This document shows, piece by piece, positions 1-8,888 of a stretch of 64,000 nt of DNA; position 1 is the stretch's first letter; each line of letters opens with the position of its first letter. The notes under the pieces were generated by a model that saw nothing but the letters and a program-made list of their open reading frames with translations, had not been told where the DNA came from and did not search any database. Source of the DNA: a phage; sequence record PZ386967.1; one strand, written 5' to 3'. The translations under genes and the position numbers were made by a program.

Positions 1-433
1 GACCGAGGGAGCATCGGATCATGCTGTCCTTATAGGCATCGGTGGTCACCATGTGCAACCAGAATGCTTTCTTGGACGAGCTGTTGGACTCATCAGCTAC
101 GCGCCCAACACGCGCTACGCGCAGGGAGAGAGTGGTGTATTCCGAGGCCGCCGGACTCTTGAATGACACCACAACTTCTTCACCACCCAAGATAGGCATT
201 GTGTCAAGAATGTCCCACCCTTCTTTTATCAAGACATTGGCTGTAAGTGATGGAGATGACTTCCCTTCAAGACCCAGATCCTGGAATACGTTGAACTCCT
301 CAAACAACGCCGTCAGGTCATATGGCGTTGGTGATCCGCCCTGGGGTGTATGAGGGAGTATCGCCATATACTTCAGGTCAAATGTTGTTGACGGTGTTAC
401 AATACCGTCTTGGGTCTCTCTGTTTTCGATCAT
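1..433 (-). CDS. hypothetical protein, partial (runs off window start)
   Basis: Minus-strand frame opens at ATG 433-431, overlapping the TGA of the upstream gene (ATGA junction); hand translation finds no stop down to about position 320, not checked further toward position 1. Absent from ORF track because it has no stop in the window. Confidence 0.35.
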   Translation of the reverse strand, partial: MIENRETQDGIVTPSTTFDLKYMAILPHTPQGGSPTPYDLTALFEEFNVFQDLGLEGKSSPSLTANVLIKEGWDILDTMPILGGEEVVVSFKSPAASEYTTLSLRVARVGRVADESNSSSKKAFWLHMVTTDAYKDSMIRCSLG

Positions 434-984
434 TTCGCCAACTCCTGCTCCAGCTGATTGACAAACGAAGACACATAATCTGGGTCGAGTACTTGGATGT
501 TCCGTTTGGCTTCATTCTTACTGATTGCATCATCATGGTATGAAACTGCCGTCAGACCATAGTTAGCAATTATGGACGGCTCATCTAGGTCTAGGTTATA
601 TGCAAATTTGATAGCACGGGCGTCGGTCACATTGTTGAACTGGTCGACATAATAGGCTGTATCCCACATACCATCGATGCCGTAATCTGCAGTCAGTTCT
701 TCAACAATACGGCGTTCCGGTTTCGGCCAGTCCTTATTGATGTCCATGATGCCGTTTATCAGACAAGGTATCCAAAACAACTCGAAGGATCCGTAAACGC
801 GTTCTGCGAAAGACCTTGGGGTTTCCCCATCTTGGATCGTATACGGCAGGAGAAGTCCTTCGATGTCCTTAATTTTCTGTAAGATCATCACCCGGCGCGT
901 TAAGTTCTGTAACAGCACCTGATCATTCTCTTGGACATCTTGCAATTGATGCCAAACAAGTGGAAACTTCTCAAAATATTTCAT
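430..984 (-). CDS. hypothetical protein, probably late-expressed with the upstream gene
   Basis: 184-aa ORF with ATG start and GAGG SD; lies 12 nt downstream of the 996..1964 gene, which has a late-promoter-like motif. Confidence 0.5.
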   Translation of the reverse strand: MKYFEKFPLVWHQLQDVQENDQVLLQNLTRRVMILQKIKDIEGLLLPYTIQDGETPRSFAERVYGSFELFWIPCLINGIMDINKDWPKPERRIVEELTADYGIDGMWDTAYYVDQFNNVTDARAIKFAYNLDLDEPSIIANYGLTAVSYHDDAISKNEAKRNIQVLDPDYVSSFVNQLEQELAK

Positions 985-995
985 GGCATCCTCTC

Positions 996-1964
996 TTAGA
1001 AGCTATCGCCTTCGGTTTCAAAGCGCCCTTTGTGTAGAGGCTCCAGTTCGATGAAGGTCATGTCAACCTGCGTGGACACGATACCATCATCTTTGTGAAC
1101 CGCGTATGAACTGTCCGGCGTCTCGTTGACGAACATGTTGGAAAGTACACAAGTGGAGATGCGGTGCAGCCACTGGTTACGCTCCCCATTGACCATGAAC
1201 GTAATGTCGAATGTTGAAGGATGCAAGTAAAACGCGCTGGAATTCTTGTTGTACTTGTACTCTGGGTACATATGCATCTTGAACATGCGGATGATCTCAC
1301 GGACCATCTTGGCTTCCTTCTGAGATCGCGGCGTGAATTTGAATGTAAATGGAATCTCACGGTTGCGAACACCCTGGAAGATCATCTCCACATATGGGTT
1401 GGTCATGGTGCCTGTGAACAACTCAAGGGTGTCATGAGCGTTAATGCTCGGCAGGAATGGAATAGCCTCCGACGCAGATTGGATAGCCTTGGTGGCAGCG
1501 AATCGCCCCATCTCCTTCCCGACGTTGAGCGCATCACCCAGTTTAAACTGAGTCATGTCTTGGGCGGCGCGGGAAAGGAACTGTGCCCCCATACCAGCCA
1601 GCCCCAGCTCGCTACCGTTCCAGCCAACACCATAGTTGGTTGTAATGGACTCCGGCATACACAGAACAATAGATTCGTTCGAACGAACGTGACGCGCCCA
1701 TGCATATTTGGTGATGGAACCAGACTTGGACCCATAGACCACAGGAGTATTCCCCAGAGGGTTCTGTATTGGGTTCTCGATAGTCTGAGTAGCCGTGTTG
1801 CCATAAGATGAACCGGAGATGCGGTTGATGTTGAATAGGACATAGTGTCCCAAGGTCTTACCCCCAGTAACGTCTAGGGGATAAGACAATTGCTTCTGAG
1901 CCTGGGACAATCCCTTCGTGTTCAGAACCTTGATCTTATCGATTGTCTTCTTGAAGTCGGCCAT
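996..1964 (-). CDS. hypothetical protein, possibly virion structural (late promoter upstream)
   Basis: 322-aa ORF, ATG start; CTAAATA motif on the minus strand about 34 nt upstream (plus coordinates 1998-2006). No family recognised. Confidence 0.5.
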   Translation of the reverse strand: MADFKKTIDKIKVLNTKGLSQAQKQLSYPLDVTGGKTLGHYVLFNINRISGSSYGNTATQTIENPIQNPLGNTPVVYGSKSGSITKYAWARHVRSNESIVLCMPESITTNYGVGWNGSELGLAGMGAQFLSRAAQDMTQFKLGDALNVGKEMGRFAATKAIQSASEAIPFLPSINAHDTLELFTGTMTNPYVEMIFQGVRNREIPFTFKFTPRSQKEAKMVREIIRMFKMHMYPEYKYNKNSSAFYLHPSTFDITFMVNGERNQWLHRISTCVLSNMFVNETPDSSYAVHKDDGIVSTQVDMTFIELEPLHKGRFETEGDSF

Positions 1965-1997
1965 GGTCTCAGCCCTTAAATAGATAGAGTGTTATGG

Positions 1998-2006
1998 CTA
2001 TTTAGG
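1998..2006 (-). promoter_or_regulatory. late-promoter-like motif CTAAATAGCC
   Basis: Same CTAAATA core as upstream of the structural genes at 40.4-62 kb; spacing to the ATG is about 34 nt. Confidence 0.4.
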
Positions 2007-2014
2007 ACTAGATT

Positions 2015-2629
2015 ATGAGCAACTATCTTCAGGGGAAGTACACCCCGGTTAATCCCAAGAAGTATCAGGGGAATGTGAATAACATCATCTTCCGCTCTTC
2101 GCTGGAGTTGGTGGCTTTCAAGTTCTGTGATATGAACTCCGCGATAGTGAAGTGGTCTAGTGAGGAGACCGTAATCCCTTACATTTCCCCAGTCGACGGG
2201 CGCACCCATCGTTACTTCATGGACCTCAAGGTCTGGACGCGCCGTGAAGGGCAAGAGGAACTACAGGTCACCCTCATTGAGATCAAGCCCAAAGACCAGA
2301 TCAAGCAGCCGAAGAAGACTCCGAACATGAAGGAGTCGACATTCAACAATGCGATGCGAACCTGGTTGGTCAATTCTGCCAAGTGGGAGGCCACCCGCGA
2401 ACTGTGTGCCAAGAAGAACTGGAAGTTCATTATCTGGACCGAAGAGCATCTTGTTCCAGGTGAAGATCCGGATGTTCGTAAACAGTTTGAGCTGAAGTCG
2501 AAAAAGAAACGGGATATGGAGATGCAAGATCGCCGACATGCCGAACGTGTCAGGGTGCTGAAGGAACAGATGCGGAAGGAGATTAAACCCGCCCCAACGG
2601 AGCGGGATGATGGACTTCTATTACCTTAA
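2015..2629 (+). CDS. hypothetical protein
   Basis: 204-aa ORF with ATG and AGGA SD 8 nt upstream; the only plus-strand gene inside this minus-strand block; lysine-rich C-terminus. Confidence 0.55.
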   Translation: MSNYLQGKYTPVNPKKYQGNVNNIIFRSSLELVAFKFCDMNSAIVKWSSEETVIPYISPVDGRTHRYFMDLKVWTRREGQEELQVTLIEIKPKDQIKQPKKTPNMKESTFNNAMRTWLVNSAKWEATRELCAKKNWKFIIWTEEHLVPGEDPDVRKQFELKSKKKRDMEMQDRRHAERVRVLKEQMRKEIKPAPTERDDGLLLP

Positions 2630-2634
2630 CTACC

Positions 2635-2847
2635 TTAACTTCTTTTGTGGCCAGGGGCGTAGCAGGTATGCCTGTCGCGCCCGATTTGCCAGCCGTCTGC
2701 TCGCGCCTGTTTGACACAATCACCCCAAGTCTCACCAGTGTATTGTTTGAACCCGCACTTGGGGTGATGCTCTTCCCAAGCCCAACTGCATGCCTTGCAA
2801 TCTGAGCATTCACAATAAAGATCGATGGTGTAACCTGAAATGATCAT
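2635..2847 (-). CDS. small Cys-rich (zinc-ribbon-like) protein
   Basis: 70-aa ORF, ATG start; CxCxxCxxC and further Cys/His residues. Confidence 0.4.
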   Translation of the reverse strand: MIISGYTIDLYCECSDCKACSWAWEEHHPKCGFKQYTGETWGDCVKQARADGWQIGRDRHTCYAPGHKRS

Positions 2848-2849
2848 AA

Positions 2850-3257
2850 TCAGTCTTCTAGGTGATCGTAGATCTTCTGACGGAACGCATTACCACCAGC
2901 ACAACCCTTGGCCAGCAGGTGGGTGCCGCCCGTACCGATCACGCTGATTGTTGAGAAGCCCAAGATACGGCCTGTGATGGACTGATCAACCTTCACTGTC
3001 TCCACCTTACCGATGCGCAACTCATCAGCATCACGACGGATGAAACCACGTTTGACGATGACACGCTTATTAGTCACAGCGAATTCAGTTGTCAATACAT
3101 TTAAAATTGTTGGTATCAGAAATAACAAGCTGAATCCAAATGTTGGGATAAACGTTAAAATAACCAGAACGTAAATCCAAAAACCGCTCCACCAGGTCGG
3201 GCGGGTGAAGGCAATAACGTGCTCGTCTTTGCCGAGCATACGATCTACATAACGCAT
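2850..3257 (-). CDS. membrane-anchored bacterial PH-domain (YdbS/YdbT-like) protein
   Basis: 135 aa; two hydrophobic helices followed by TTEFAVTNKRVIVKRGFIRRDADELRIGKVE...GRILGFSTI, matching the bPH_2 pattern. Confidence 0.55.
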   Translation of the reverse strand: MRYVDRMLGKDEHVIAFTRPTWWSGFWIYVLVILTFIPTFGFSLLFLIPTILNVLTTEFAVTNKRVIVKRGFIRRDADELRIGKVETVKVDQSITGRILGFSTISVIGTGGTHLLAKGCAGGNAFRQKIYDHLED

Positions 3258-3267
3258 GATAAATTCC

Positions 3268-3774
3268 TTATTTGTCAGGGTTCACTAAAACAGGGGTGGA
3301 TACCAGTTCGCCGTTCTTCACAGAATGCTGGACTACAACAAACTGATCGACCATGCGATATACTTCAATTCCAGCAGCCAGCATGTCAATAATGCCGTCT
3401 ATGATACGATATGGTCGGTCATAGAACACTTTAGCGATCTTGCCACTGTCGATAATACGACGGGTGCACTCTGGGCATGGACTATGAGTGACAAACATCA
3501 CTAGGCCACAACAGTCTTCAGTGTGCTGGGGGAGTTTGCTCAGAGCATTCTCCTCGGCGTGGATAACACCCACCGATACCAGTTGACCGTCTACTTCCTT
3601 CTCACAGACATTAGGAGCGCCAGGAGCAGTCCCGTTCCAACCGATAGACAGGGGCTGGTCAACACGCGGGTCAACGATAACACAGCCGACCTTCAGGCGC
3701 TGGGCATAGCTGGACAGGGCGTATGCATGAGCCGAGCGCATATGCGCAAATAACATACGGGGTTTGATAGCCAT
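3268..3774 (-). CDS. cd: dCMP deaminase
   Basis: Zinc-binding motifs HAEENA and PCPEC typical of cytidine/dCMP deaminases. ORF-track start is GTG; the ATG at 3774 overlaps the upstream TGA. Confidence 0.8.
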   Translation of the reverse strand: MAIKPRMLFAHMRSAHAYALSSYAQRLKVGCVIVDPRVDQPLSIGWNGTAPGAPNVCEKEVDGQLVSVGVIHAEENALSKLPQHTEDCCGLVMFVTHSPCPECTRRIIDSGKIAKVFYDRPYRIIDGIIDMLAAGIEVYRMVDQFVVVQHSVKNGELVSTPVLVNPDK

Positions 3775-4088
3775 CACATCACCAGTTTCTTTTCAAGGAG
3801 GAAGATCATGTCGTCTTGGTCTGCACGACCAAAGATCTGACCCATGGCGACCATCTGGTGGACTTCCCTGACAATGATTTCTTTACCAGGAGTAACTTCA
3901 TCCAGGTCCATGATAGTGCTGACGCGGTCTACCATGCGCGGCGGGTGATTAATGTAGCGCTGCAGGTACTTCTCGCGAGTGGCAATCAGGTTGTTCAGCT
4001 CGGAGATTTCAGACTCTTCTTCTGAGAAGCGCTTTTCCTTCGCCTGCAGTTCAGCCAGGCGCTCATACATTTCTTTTAATGGGGTCAT
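3774..4088 (-). CDS. hypothetical protein (predicted helical)
   Basis: 104-aa ORF, ATG start, charged sequence. Confidence 0.45.
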   Translation of the reverse strand: MTPLKEMYERLAELQAKEKRFSEEESEISELNNLIATREKYLQRYINHPPRMVDRVSTIMDLDEVTPGKEIIVREVHQMVAMGQIFGRADQDDMIFLLEKKLVM

Positions 4089-4157
4089 TTCCGGTTCCTC
4101 TTAATAAACGAAGGGAAGTATATACTCCCCCTTCTTCAATAACCGCTGAATCTTTAT

Positions 4158-4487
4158 TCAGAGATAAGATTTACCGAGTTCGGTCAGGCGATAGAACGTC
4201 ACCTCAGTGTTCGGCCAGTTCACGTAAGAACCGTCATGAACCATTGAGCCAGCTGGTTCGATCAACCCCTTGGCGAGCAGGGAAGCCCCAGTGCGGGGGT
4301 TGCCTTTGACGGAGGTGAAACCACCAGCGTTCGGGCATACCTGGAACGTCCAGACGGTGTTGCCCTTGTCATTGGTCCAGGATTTGGGATGAAAGTACCA
4401 TTCACCATAACGGTAATGACCTTTCTCAAAGTTCAACATTCCTAAAAGGACGCAGAGTTGATGTCCTGTGATGCGCGGCTTTTTCAT
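4158..4487 (-). CDS. hypothetical protein
   Basis: Start moved to the ATG at 4487, which has a strong AAGGAG SD and overlaps the upstream stop (ATGA); 109 aa. Confidence 0.5.
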   Translation of the reverse strand: MKKPRITGHQLCVLLGMLNFEKGHYRYGEWYFHPKSWTNDKGNTVWTFQVCPNAGGFTSVKGNPRTGASLLAKGLIEPAGSMVHDGSYVNWPNTEVTFYRLTELGKSYL

Positions 4488-4801
4488 GACAATACTCCTT
4501 TCAGAGCTAAAACGGAAAGCACACCAATAATCAACCATGTCGGGATAATTGGCTTGCAGTTCATGTGGGTTTCTCCACCTTCGATGTTCGGGCTTCCTTG
4601 TATAAGAACGTGTTCACAGGAAGCTCTGAACGTCATTACACAGCCCATCAACACAATTGGCCTGATATAATAACCCGTTTTAGTTTGCTTCACGATACAT
4701 GGAGAGGAGAAGCGCAGATATGGATCCCCTTTCCGGTAGCCTGTGATTGTGACCTTCTGCACTTCAGAAGGCACTTTTTGGCCAGGAAAATAAATTTTCA
4801 T
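4484..4801 (-). CDS. hypothetical protein with C-terminal transmembrane helix
   Basis: 105-aa ORF, ATG start, ATGA coupling on both sides; hydrophobic C-terminus. Confidence 0.45.
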   Translation of the reverse strand: MKIYFPGQKVPSEVQKVTITGYRKGDPYLRFSSPCIVKQTKTGYYIRPIVLMGCVMTFRASCEHVLIQGSPNIEGGETHMNCKPIIPTWLIIGVLSVLALKGVLS

Positions 4802-5358
4802 ATTTCAATCCCCAGATTGGTGTATAACAACTCAGACAGGGTTACAGGACGCTTGAATTGTTCCCAGCTGCAGTTCAGGTATTCGCGCTCTTCACGCATT
4901 TCACCGTGAAGATGGCCATGGATATTATACGCCCAGCGGTCTAATTGATAAGGAACGTGAGTGGTCAGCACACGACCAACCGGAGTATCACGCTCATACA
5001 TCGCACCAAAGGAGCTAATCCATCCCTCTTGATACAGCTGCATCAACATCTTGAATTTGTCATGGTTGCCTTGCGCCACCCTGATGATAAAGTTCGGTCG
5101 CCAGTCATCAGGGACGGGGCGGCGCTTGAACTCATCAATATTCCGCTTGGCACCCTCGCGCATCAGGCGAATGAACCCCTCAGCCCCGATGAAGCAGATG
5201 TCCCCAGCCAGTTCAAGGACGTCTCGGGACTTCAGCCCCTGAAAGATACTGTCGATAACTGCAGCATCATGTGCCTCTTGGGTATCGAACCCACGGGGCT
5301 TGAAGATCTTCTTGTGTCCGAGGTGAGTGTCGCCCAGATACTTTACAATTCCTGCCAT
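4798..5358 (-). CDS. metallophosphoesterase (calcineurin-like phosphatase)
   Basis: Motifs GDTHLGH, GNHD and GHLH; start moved to ATG 5358 with GAGGAG SD. Confidence 0.7.
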   Translation of the reverse strand: MAGIVKYLGDTHLGHKKIFKPRGFDTQEAHDAAVIDSIFQGLKSRDVLELAGDICFIGAEGFIRLMREGAKRNIDEFKRRPVPDDWRPNFIIRVAQGNHDKFKMLMQLYQEGWISSFGAMYERDTPVGRVLTTHVPYQLDRWAYNIHGHLHGEMREEREYLNCSWEQFKRPVTLSELLYTNLGIEI

Positions 5359-5699
5359 TATGGTCTCCTCAACCATTCTAAAATCGGTACGTTCACAAAC
5401 CCTTTATGCCAGCGATGGGGTTTATGGCCTCTGTTGTGTTCGAGCAAACACGTATCCGGTGGGACACTGAAGTGGATGCCTTCGATGTCGTAGTAATGCC
5501 CATCAATCAGAGTATACACATGACCTTCGGTCTGACTGTAATGGATCTCTGCTTGGGGATACACGTGCTTCAGAAGTAGAGCAACCTGGTAACACTTCCC
5601 GTTCTTCCCCACGTACTCGACATCCACCTGTTGTGGAAACACATCTTTGATAAGGTTTATCAATCTCGTGATGTCATTTACGACAACCGAACGTTTCAT
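5358..5699 (-). CDS. hypothetical protein
   Basis: Start moved to ATG 5699 with GGAGAGG SD; 113 aa, His-rich. Confidence 0.45.
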   Translation of the reverse strand: MKRSVVVNDITRLINLIKDVFPQQVDVEYVGKNGKCYQVALLLKHVYPQAEIHYSQTEGHVYTLIDGHYYDIEGIHFSVPPDTCLLEHNRGHKPHRWHKGFVNVPILEWLRRP

Positions 5700-5754
5700 A
5701 TCACCTCTCCCGAGGATTCGTTGGTGAACCAATGATACTCTATCCCGGATATAG

Positions 5755-5774
5755 AAAAGCCCCTCACGGGGCTT
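5755..5774 (-). terminator. rho-independent terminator hairpin
   Basis: GC hairpin AGCCCC-TCAC-GGGGCT followed by a U-run on the minus strand, just after the 5764..6066 gene. Confidence 0.45.
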
Positions 5775-6066
5775 GATCGTCTTCATCAGGGAATATACGC
5801 CATCGACCTATTCCATACCACTCACCGATAGAGTTCCATGTCCTTTCCCCAGGCCAGCCGCCGACCGAGTAGTAATGCGTCACCAGCCGCCAGTAAGGAA
5901 GAGAGGCCGTGTTCACGCCGCCGTCGGCCTTTAGGCAGGCCAAGTACCAATTCGTGAGACTGAACGCCTGAAATAACGGATGAAGGAACATGAAGTACAG
6001 GTAGCCCAATATGGCTGTGAATACCCCAGCTGTTACGATCACACCGATGACAGTGAATACAATCAT
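5764..6066 (-). CDS. small membrane protein
   Basis: 100-aa ORF; ATG overlaps the dexA-like stop (ATGA); long hydrophobic segments. Confidence 0.45.
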   Translation of the reverse strand: MIVFTVIGVIVTAGVFTAILGYLYFMFLHPLFQAFSLTNWYLACLKADGGVNTASLPYWRLVTHYYSVGGWPGERTWNSIGEWYGIGRWRIFPDEDDQAP

Positions 6067-6695
6067 CCCACAACCTCCAGACCCATCAGATCTTCCATGG
6101 TCTTCTGAATACGCAGCCAGTCAAGCGCAGCGTCATAACGAGGGTCATGATAGACCATACCTTCCAGTTCCCACGCCTTGATACCAGCATACCGATCCTG
6201 CTGTCCAACACCCTTCAGCCAACTCACGATGTCGAAGGTGTGGTGGTAGTCCCAAGGCTCGTTGGAGTCCTGCTTACATGTCACCTCAATGATGTGCTGA
6301 GCCTTGCGCAGATCAAACAGGTTGCGATCACACCAGTCGACCGAGCGCGGGTCTACCCCAAGACGATGACAACCCTTGCGGATTTCATCGGCCAATTGGA
6401 AGATAGAGATGTCATCTTCCTTGGGGTACAGACTGACTGCGCGAGCCGCATCACACGGGTTACGTTTACCCGCCCCCAACCACCATTCTACCGTCCCAGC
6501 GTCCTTCACGCGACCAAGTTCGAGCTGCTCTTTGACATTCAGCTTAATGAACGTCGTGCGCTCCTCAACCAGCTGCTGAAGAGTATAACGCTTGGTCAGG
6601 TCGGCGATGGTGTGCGCCCAAGACAGCATGACTGCATCATCCCAGCGCCCCAAGGTTTCACTGTCGGCCACAGCCAAAAAATTTGATTTATACAT
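6063..6695 (-). CDS. dexA: DnaQ-like 3'-5' exonuclease (DexA-like)
   Basis: N-terminal FLAVADSETLG (DxE exonuclease motif I); TVEWW and other segments resemble recalled T4 DexA. Confidence 0.6.
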   Translation of the reverse strand: MYKSNFLAVADSETLGRWDDAVMLSWAHTIADLTKRYTLQQLVEERTTFIKLNVKEQLELGRVKDAGTVEWWLGAGKRNPCDAARAVSLYPKEDDISIFQLADEIRKGCHRLGVDPRSVDWCDRNLFDLRKAQHIIEVTCKQDSNEPWDYHHTFDIVSWLKGVGQQDRYAGIKAWELEGMVYHDPRYDAALDWLRIQKTMEDLMGLEVVG

Positions 6696-6939
6696 GTTTA
6701 TTCTCCCAACACTTTATTTTGGCTTTTACTGTATAATAATTTTCATCAATGAACTTTTTGTTGACGCGCTTAATTTCTATCTCTGGGCAAAGTAACCCTA
6801 TAGTTTCCCTCAAAATCTGGCTCACCCTGGCCTGTGAAATACAATAAATTTCTGATACTTCTTTCGAACTAGTTCCAGACATGACAAGTTTTAGAATATT
6901 GACCTTTTTATAAAATTCTTGATCAAACGCACATATCAT
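6688..6939 (-). CDS. small HTH protein (sigma-70 region-4-like)
   Basis: 83 aa; SSKEVSEIYCISQARVSQILRETIGLL resembles sigma region 4 / LuxR HTH; sits in a strongly AT-rich stretch. Confidence 0.45.
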   Translation of the reverse strand: MICAFDQEFYKKVNILKLVMSGTSSKEVSEIYCISQARVSQILRETIGLLCPEIEIKRVNKKFIDENYYTVKAKIKCWENKHV

Positions 6940-6942
6940 TAT

Positions 6943-7542
6943 TCACCCCTCCTCGTCGATGATTTCTTGCTCATCTTCGACAATCATGATACCTTCTGCG
7001 TCCAGATGAGAAAGTTCCATCAGATCATTATCGAATCCGTCTCCTTCCCTGATATAGAAGACTGGGACGACACGACGGCGGGTCTCTTCATACACGCTTT
7101 CAGAGATTCGATTGATATGGCGTACTACACTGTAGAGGTTCAGGCCACCAATACCACAGCCGATAGCAGGCAGGCCGACATAGACAGTTTCGTCTTTAGT
7201 TGCTTCCACAATTTCATGCACCTGCTCAAACAGGGTCTGAACAGAACTGATGACAGACGGCATGCGAGCGTTCGGGCCTGGATAAAACTGAGTGTAGAGG
7301 TTCGCGCCCCAAACGCCCTTGCTGTGGTCAAATGCATAGGACATACCACCCAGGCGTTGCTCTGGACCACGAGGGTCGTTCGCATCGACTTCGCGCAGCG
7401 CTGGGAAGTTGTTGCCGATGTGCAGAGCAATGCCCGCACCCATGGTAGACCAGCAGTTGGCACCGTGGGCAAAGATGTCGATCAGATTGAAGCTACAGGC
7501 GGCTTTCAGTAGATCGCCGCCATTGATTACATATGTGGTCAT
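6943..7542 (-). CDS. macro-domain protein (ADP-ribose binding/processing)
   Basis: YVINGGDLLKA...FAHGANCWSTMGAGIAL resembles the macro-domain Gly-rich ADP-ribose-binding motif; start moved to ATG 7542 with GGAGA SD. Confidence 0.6.
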   Translation of the reverse strand: MTTYVINGGDLLKAACSFNLIDIFAHGANCWSTMGAGIALHIGNNFPALREVDANDPRGPEQRLGGMSYAFDHSKGVWGANLYTQFYPGPNARMPSVISSVQTLFEQVHEIVEATKDETVYVGLPAIGCGIGGLNLYSVVRHINRISESVYEETRRRVVPVFYIREGDGFDNDLMELSHLDAEGIMIVEDEQEIIDEEG

Positions 7543-7781
7543 GCGTACTGTCTCCATTCAATAATGCTGTTGTCAACACATGACACTTGGATGATGCCTG
7601 TGCGGTGGTGATAATCAGTCATCTGCATGATAAAGTTGTTCCCATTGCGGATAATGGTGTTGACAACGATACCCTTGGCAGCAAGGCGTATTACAATGGC
7701 AGTGCAAAGACGGTCCATGTAACCGGACACAGAACCTGGTTCGAAGCATCGCTCGAACAGATTTTCAAATTCTGGGCTCAT
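7539..7781 (-). CDS. hypothetical protein
   Basis: 80-aa ORF with ATG start; its stop overlaps the macro-domain gene start (ATGA). Confidence 0.45.
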   Translation of the reverse strand: MSPEFENLFERCFEPGSVSGYMDRLCTAIVIRLAAKGIVVNTIIRNGNNFIMQMTDYHHRTGIIQVSCVDNSIIEWRQYA

Positions 7782-7831
7782 TTGATGTTACCAAACAAGA
7801 GGTCGAGGCGGTAATAATACCGCCTTTTTCT

Positions 7832-8242
7832 TCAATAGAGGTCTTCGGAAAAGAGTTCGCGGAATGGGGTTGTCTTCAGGCGCACCTGATTGATCTGTCC
7901 AGCTTCACGGGCTACGATGCATGCCTCTTCACGAGTAAGGAAGTTGCCCTGGTTGTCGATGAATCCCTGTTCGCGGGTATGGGTGGATTTAATGACGCCT
8001 GCCTCTTTCAGGATCTTGAGCTGGTTGTTCATGAATCGGCTGTGGTGACGGTCAGCAACGACGATTACATCACCATATTTGTTGGCGGCAGCGACCACAC
8101 GACGCTCCCAGGCACCTTCGGCAGGAAGTTCACGAGTGTACAGGGGAATCATCGTATCACCGATGTCATCCCCCTTCACCTGTGAGAACAACTTGCCTTC
8201 AGTTCCCGTTGGGAGTTCACGAAAATATCCCAGTAATTTCAT
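7832..8242 (-). CDS. hypothetical protein
   Basis: 136-aa ORF, ATG start; no family assigned confidently. Confidence 0.45.
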   Translation of the reverse strand: MKLLGYFRELPTGTEGKLFSQVKGDDIGDTMIPLYTRELPAEGAWERRVVAAANKYGDVIVVADRHHSRFMNNQLKILKEAGVIKSTHTREQGFIDNQGNFLTREEACIVAREAGQINQVRLKTTPFRELFSEDLY

Positions 8243-8293
8243 AATCTATTCAATCCAAATTTCAGGTTCAGAGATGTCGACCATATCCACTGT

Positions 8294-8524
8294 CTAGTTC
8301 TTCAGATCATGGAAACAGTCGCCGAGGAATTGTATTTTGCCGTCGGTCAGGAATAGATGGCAAAATGATGCTGGATCAGTTGCATTCACCAGCAGGCTCG
8401 GTGTGAACGTAGGCTCAATAACATTGTTGTTCCACGACCACATCGGACCTTGGGTTTCGCCCTTAATGTGATATAGATGAAGCATATCACACCCAGGACA
8501 ATGAAAATACAAGGAATCATCCAT
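8294..8524 (-). CDS. small Cys-rich protein (CPGC motif)
   Basis: 76-aa ORF with CPGC plus further Cys/His residues. Confidence 0.4.
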   Translation of the reverse strand: MDDSLYFHCPGCDMLHLYHIKGETQGPMWSWNNNVIEPTFTPSLLVNATDPASFCHLFLTDGKIQFLGDCFHDLKN

Positions 8525-8559
8525 AGACAGAAGTTTAGGGCTCAGAAGCTATGTTATGA

Positions 8560-8847
8560 TCAACCATCTACAGTGGCTTCAGGATCGTAGGGGCGCAGTT
8601 CACCAACCAGTTTCGGAAAGAGTGCAATCCCGAACAGGTTGAAAGAACGCATAGTGCCGACCATTGCAACATCTTCCCCTTCCTCGATATCTTTCAGGGC
8701 GCACATTGGGTAATATTCATCGACCTCTGGGTCTTCCGTCTCACCATAGAGACCAAACGCTACCTCTTCTTTGATAAAGCGAGGAACCAAGATATCAAAT
8801 AGGATAATGATGAATACCATAGGTGCTGCAGAACGGAGATAGAACAT
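8560..8847 (-). CDS. hypothetical protein
   Basis: 95-aa ORF, hydrophobic N-terminus. Confidence 0.4.
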   Translation of the reverse strand: MFYLRSAAPMVFIIILFDILVPRFIKEEVAFGLYGETEDPEVDEYYPMCALKDIEEGEDVAMVGTMRSFNLFGIALFPKLVGELRPYDPEATVDG

Positions 8848-8888
8848 AGCACAACCCTCCAGGTGAGGAGGGGCGAACCCCTCCGATG

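Noticed and set aside
42-543. Plus-strand ORFs 42..353 and 322..543 at the window start
   Set aside because: They run antisense to a minus-strand frame that starts at ATG 433 in an ATGA junction and stays open toward position 1; their translations are low-complexity.
1058-2539. Nested and antisense ORF-track entries within the 996..1964 and 2015..2629 genes (for example 1058..1372, 1221..1811, 1553..1843, 2212..2430, 2261..2539)
   Set aside because: They sit entirely within longer ORFs that have SD sequences and, for 996..1964, a promoter motif; no independent start signals. The same reasoning was applied to the many other nested ORF-track entries across the window.
2622-2639. Tandem 9-nt duplication TACCTTAAC x2 at the 3' end of the 2015..2629 gene
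   Set aside because: Only two copies, overlapping a stop codon in AT-rich sequence; too short to call a functional repeat.
7832-8242. Tpt1/KptA-like RNA 2'-phosphotransferase partner for the macro-domain protein
   Set aside because: The idea was attractive because it would form an ADP-ribose-1''-phosphate pathway, but the hallmark HGT and Arg-His-Arg-Arg motifs could not be found and the protein is shorter than Tpt1; left as hypothetical.
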